Assembly: GCA_035637595.1 (NCBI GenBank)
Contig: DASPWW010000028.1
Location: 19,522-83,521, forward strand
Source of the DNA: Solirubrobacterales bacterium
GTDB lineage: Bacteria > Actinomycetota > Thermoleophilia > Solirubrobacterales > 70-9
Direction: 5' to 3'
Length of the DNA: 64,000 bases
Shown here: positions 60,966 to 64,000 of the stretch, piece after piece
Position numbering within the stretch: position 1 is the first letter of the stretch
How the letters are laid out: the number at the start of each line of letters is the position of its first letter
Made by a program: the position numbers and the translations under genes
Notes under the pieces: generated by a model
What the model saw: the letters and a program-made list of their open reading frames with translations, nothing else
The model's database searches: none
Told to the model about the DNA's origin: nothing

Positions 60966-62341
60966 CCCGCCACCTCCGCCAGGCGGCCGCGCGCGCGGGC
61001 GACCGCGCTGCCCAGGGTCTCGGCCAGGCGGTCGATGTCGGCCCGGGTGCGGCGCTCGGTGATCGCGACCAGCAGCCCATCCGGGTGCTCGGGGTACTCG
61101 CGGCCGAGCGGATAGCCGGCGGCGATCCCTTCGGCGGCGCACAGGTCGAGCACCTCGTCCACCGGTGCGTCGACCCGCAGCGCGAACTCTCGCACGACCG
61201 GCGCGTCGTGGAGCGCTTCGACGCCGTCGACCCCGGCGAGGCGCTCGCGCGCGTACGCCGTGCGCCGGACGAGCAGCTCGCCCAGCTCGACGAGCCCGCG
61301 CCTTCCGAGCCAGCTCAGGTAGACGATGCCGGCGAGCGCGTTGAGGGCCTGCGCCGTGCAGATGTTGTGGGTCGCCTTCTCGCGGCGGATGTGCTGCTCG
61401 CGGGTCTGGAGGGCGAGCACGAACCCGCGCCGGCCGTCGACGTCGGTCGTCTCGCCGGCGATCCTGCCCGGCATGCGGCGCATGTGCTCGTCGGTCGCGC
61501 AGAAGAATCCGAACGACGGGCCCCCGAAGTCGAGCCGCCCGCCGAGCGGCTGGCCCTCGCCCGCCGCGACATCGGCTCCGCACTCGCCGGGTGGCCGCAG
61601 CACACCGGCAGCGATCGGATCGGCGGCCACCACGACGAGGGCGCCGGCATCGTGCGCCGGCCCGGCGAGCGCGGCGACGTCCTCGACCGCGCCGAGGAAG
61701 TTGGGCTGCTGGAGGAACACGGCCGCCGTATCGGCGTCGATCGCGTCGGCCAGGGCGCCGGCATCGGTGCGGCCACCCTCGAGGCCGACCTCGACGACCT
61801 CGGCGCCGAACCCGGCGGAGTAGGCGGCGAGCGTCTCGCGGCTGTGCGGATGCACTCCACGCGACGCGACGAAGCGGCGGCGCCCGGTGGCGGCGATCGC
61901 CAGGTAGCCGGCCGACGCGACCGAGGACGGTCCCTCGTAGAGCCCCGCGTCGGCGACCGGAAGCGCCATCAGCTCCGAGATCGCGGTCTGAAACTCGAAC
62001 ATCGCCTGCAGCGTTCCCTGCGAGATCTCAGCCTGATACGGGGTGTACGGAGTCAGGAACTCCGAGCGCTCGGTGATCGCGTCGACGATCGCCGGCACGT
62101 AGTGGTCGTACATGCCGGCGCCGATGAAGCACAGCTCCGACTCCGCGTGGGCGTTGCGCTCGGCGAGCTCGCGCAGGACCTCGTAGACCTCCGTCTCGGA
62201 CATCCCCGGCGGGAGCGCCAGCTCGCGGCCGAGCCGCACGTCGGCGGGAATCTGCTCGAACAGCTCGTCGATCGAACCGGCGCCGATCGAGCCGAGCATC
62301 TCGGCGCGATCGGCATCGGTCGCGGACGTGTAGCGGCTCAA
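60962..62341 (-). CDS. gcvPA: Glycine dehydrogenase (decarboxylating) subunit 1
   Basis: ORF 60962..62788 trimmed to TTG 62341 (TTGA overlap with the gcvH stop). The N-terminus SRYTSATDADRAEMLGSIGAGSIDELFEQIP matches the family start. Confidence 0.88.
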   Translation of the reverse strand: MSRYTSATDADRAEMLGSIGAGSIDELFEQIPADVRLGRELALPPGMSETEVYEVLRELAERNAHAESELCFIGAGMYDHYVPAIVDAITERSEFLTPYTPYQAEISQGTLQAMFEFQTAISELMALPVADAGLYEGPSSVASAGYLAIAATGRRRFVASRGVHPHSRETLAAYSAGFGAEVVEVGLEGGRTDAGALADAIDADTAAVFLQQPNFLGAVEDVAALAGPAHDAGALVVVAADPIAAGVLRPPGECGADVAAGEGQPLGGRLDFGGPSFGFFCATDEHMRRMPGRIAGETTDVDGRRGFVLALQTREQHIRREKATHNICTAQALNALAGIVYLSWLGRRGLVELGELLVRRTAYARERLAGVDGVEALHDAPVVREFALRVDAPVDEVLDLCAAEGIAAGYPLGREYPEHPDGLLVAITERRTRADIDRLAETLGSAVARARGRLAEVAG

Positions 62342-62733
62342 TCGCTCTCCTCGAGAAGCTTGCGGTAGGCGGCGGCGTCGAGCAGGTCGTCGGCCTCCGA
62401 CGGGTCGGAGAGCTTCACCTTGACCAGCCATCCCACCCCGTAGGGATCGTCGTTGATCGTCTCGGGGCTCTCGGCCGCCTCCTCGTTGACCGCGGTTATC
62501 TCGCCCGACATCGGGGCGTAGACGTCGGACACCGCCTTGACGGACTCGACCTCGGTGTAGGGCTCGTCCTTGACGACCTCCGAGCCGACCTCGGGGGGCT
62601 CGAAGAACACCACCTCGCCGAGCGCGTCCTGGGCGTACCAGGTGATCCCGAAGGTCGCGCTGTCGCCGTCGGGCCGCACCCAGTCGTGCTCGGGGTGGTA
62701 GCGAAGCTCGTCGGGATAGCTCTCTTCCGCCAT
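62338..62733 (-). CDS. gcvH: Glycine cleavage system H protein
   Basis: ORF 62338..63072 trimmed to ATG 62733 (AGGAG 7 nt upstream). The lipoyl-lysine block is VESVKAVSDVYAPMSGEI. Confidence 0.92.
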   Translation of the reverse strand: MAEESYPDELRYHPEHDWVRPDGDSATFGITWYAQDALGEVVFFEPPEVGSEVVKDEPYTEVESVKAVSDVYAPMSGEITAVNEEAAESPETINDDPYGVGWLVKVKLSDPSEADDLLDAAAYRKLLEESD

Positions 62734-62753
62734 CGGGATCTCCTGACTGTGGT

Positions 62754-63836
62754 CTACTGCTTTCGATACAGCGGCTTGGACTCGACACGAGCCGGCCGCC
62801 GCTTGCCGCGCACGTCGATCTCGAGCTCGGTCCCGGGCTGCGCGAGGTCGGCGCGAACGTAGGCCAGTCCGATCCCCACCCCGAGCGAAGGGGATTGGGT
62901 TCCGCTCGTAACCTCGCCCACGGGCTCGGCGCCGAGCATCACCTCGTTGCCCTGGCGCGGGATGCCGCGCTCGGTGAGCACGAAGGGGACGAGGAGCTCC
63001 TCGGTTCCCTGCTCGCGAGCGCGCGCCACGGCTTCGGATCCGATGAAGCCCGTGTCCTCCTTGCAGCACCACCCCAGCCCCGCCTCGATCGGGTTGCGGT
63101 CGACCGTCATGTCGTTGCCGTAGAGGTGGAAGCAGACCTCGAGCCGCAGGGTGTCGCGCGCGCCGAGGCCCGCCGGCGTCGCGCCCCCCGCGAGCAGCGC
63201 GTCCCAGACGCGCGGGGCGGAGCCCGGGTCGATCAGCAGCTCGACTCCGTCCTCGCCCGTGTAGCCCGTGCCGCAGACGAGCGCCCAGTCCCCGGCGAGC
63301 TCGAGCTGAGCGACGCGCATCCGTGGCGGGAGCTCGCCGTCGGCCAGCTCGCCGACGAGGTCGCGGGCGCGCGGGCCCTGAACCGCGAGCATCGCGTAGT
63401 CGTCGCCGACGTCGCGCAGCTCCGCGTCATGGACGCCGGCGTGCTCCCCCAGCCACTCGAAGTCCCGATCCCGATTCGAGGCGTTGGTGACCGTCAGGTA
63501 GCGGTCCTCCTCGACGCGGTAGGTGAACAGGTCGTCCAGGATCCCGCCGTCGTCGCGACACAGGCACGAGTATTGGGCGCCGCCGACCGCGACTTGCTCG
63601 ACGTCGTTGGACAGCGTTCGCTGCAGCAGCGGCGCGGCGTCCGGCCCGCGCGTCTCCACCTCGCCCATGTGCGAGACGTCGAACACGCCGACGTCCTCGC
63701 GCACGGCGAGATGCTCCTCGCGCACGCCCGCGTAGGAGACGGGCATCTCGAAGCCGGCGAACGGGACCAGCTTCGCGCCCGCCGCCCGGTGGGCGTCATA
63801 AAGCGCTGTGCGTCTGAGATCGGCGGCGACCGTCAC
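62754..63836 (-). CDS. gcvT: Aminomethyltransferase (glycine cleavage system T protein)
   Basis: 360 aa with a GTG start preceded by GGGGAG. It has LYDAHRAAGAKLVPFAGFEMPVSY, VFDVSHMG and GYTGEDG. Confidence 0.92.
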   Translation of the reverse strand: MTVAADLRRTALYDAHRAAGAKLVPFAGFEMPVSYAGVREEHLAVREDVGVFDVSHMGEVETRGPDAAPLLQRTLSNDVEQVAVGGAQYSCLCRDDGGILDDLFTYRVEEDRYLTVTNASNRDRDFEWLGEHAGVHDAELRDVGDDYAMLAVQGPRARDLVGELADGELPPRMRVAQLELAGDWALVCGTGYTGEDGVELLIDPGSAPRVWDALLAGGATPAGLGARDTLRLEVCFHLYGNDMTVDRNPIEAGLGWCCKEDTGFIGSEAVARAREQGTEELLVPFVLTERGIPRQGNEVMLGAEPVGEVTSGTQSPSLGVGIGLAYVRADLAQPGTELEIDVRGKRRPARVESKPLYRKQ

Positions 63837-64000
63837 GTGTGCTCCCCGTCGTGACTCGCGTCGCGGTTGGGCGAGCGAGAATCAAGCATGGCTAGGACGC
63901 AGGGAGCCCGCATGGCAGCGCCATGTGGGCGACTGAGGACGACGCCAGGCGCCGATTCGCAGCCGCCCAAGCGTGGCGGGAGTTGCGGCGGTGAGCACAG

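Noticed and set aside
63837-64000. Glycine riboswitch expected upstream of gcvT. Also a 26-codon uORF (63913->63833) whose TGA overlaps the gcvT GTG, and a perfect hairpin CATGGC-AGC-GCCATG at 63911-63925.
   Set aside because: No GGAGAG, CCGAAGG.GCAA or CUCUCAGG..GGAC blocks occur in the 164 nt available. The leader may continue beyond the window edge, so absence is not proven. The uORF has no glycine bias or SD and is probably fortuitous.

Overview
Very GC-rich (by eye about 70%) chromosomal segment with Actinomycetota-type gene order. The composition and the secreted-protein repertoire would fit a Thermoleophilia/Solirubrobacterales-like organism, but that assignment is inference only. I support about 60 protein genes. 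I found no rRNA, tRNA, CRISPR array, transposase or integrase. The backbone is housekeeping and collinear with blocks known from other actinobacteria: rpmB-yloV-recG-rsmD-coaD; ribH-ribBA-ribE-ribD; rpe-rsmB-fmt-def-priA-metK; der-cmk; aroA-tyrA-DAHP synthase; hisC-aroH-rluB-scpB-scpA; trpS; gcvPB-gcvPA-gcvH-gcvT. Many junctions are ATGA/GTGA/TTGA stop-start overlaps. Accessory genes for secreted proteins are wedged into this backbone. Three observations deserve most follow-up. (1) An unannotated 22-codon leader ORF ends R-Y-Y-R-Y-W-R-F-I and is followed by an 11-bp long-range inverted repeat. It sits upstream of the DAHP synthase-tyrA-aroA operon and is a candidate aromatic amino-acid attenuator. 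(2) Six secreted proteins have unrelated N-terminal modules (jelly-roll-like x3, beta-helix x2, seven-bladed propeller x1) but share a lysine-studded Ig-like C-terminal module ending in a poly-Lys tail. Two copies are about 95% identical at the DNA level. This is a candidate uncharacterised surface-retention or sorting module. (3) At the Ku / LigD-polymerase-domain junction, the conserved N-terminus of the polymerase domain lies upstream of any canonical start codon and abuts the Ku stop. All functional calls come from reading the translations by eye against remembered family motifs. No searches or folding programs were run.
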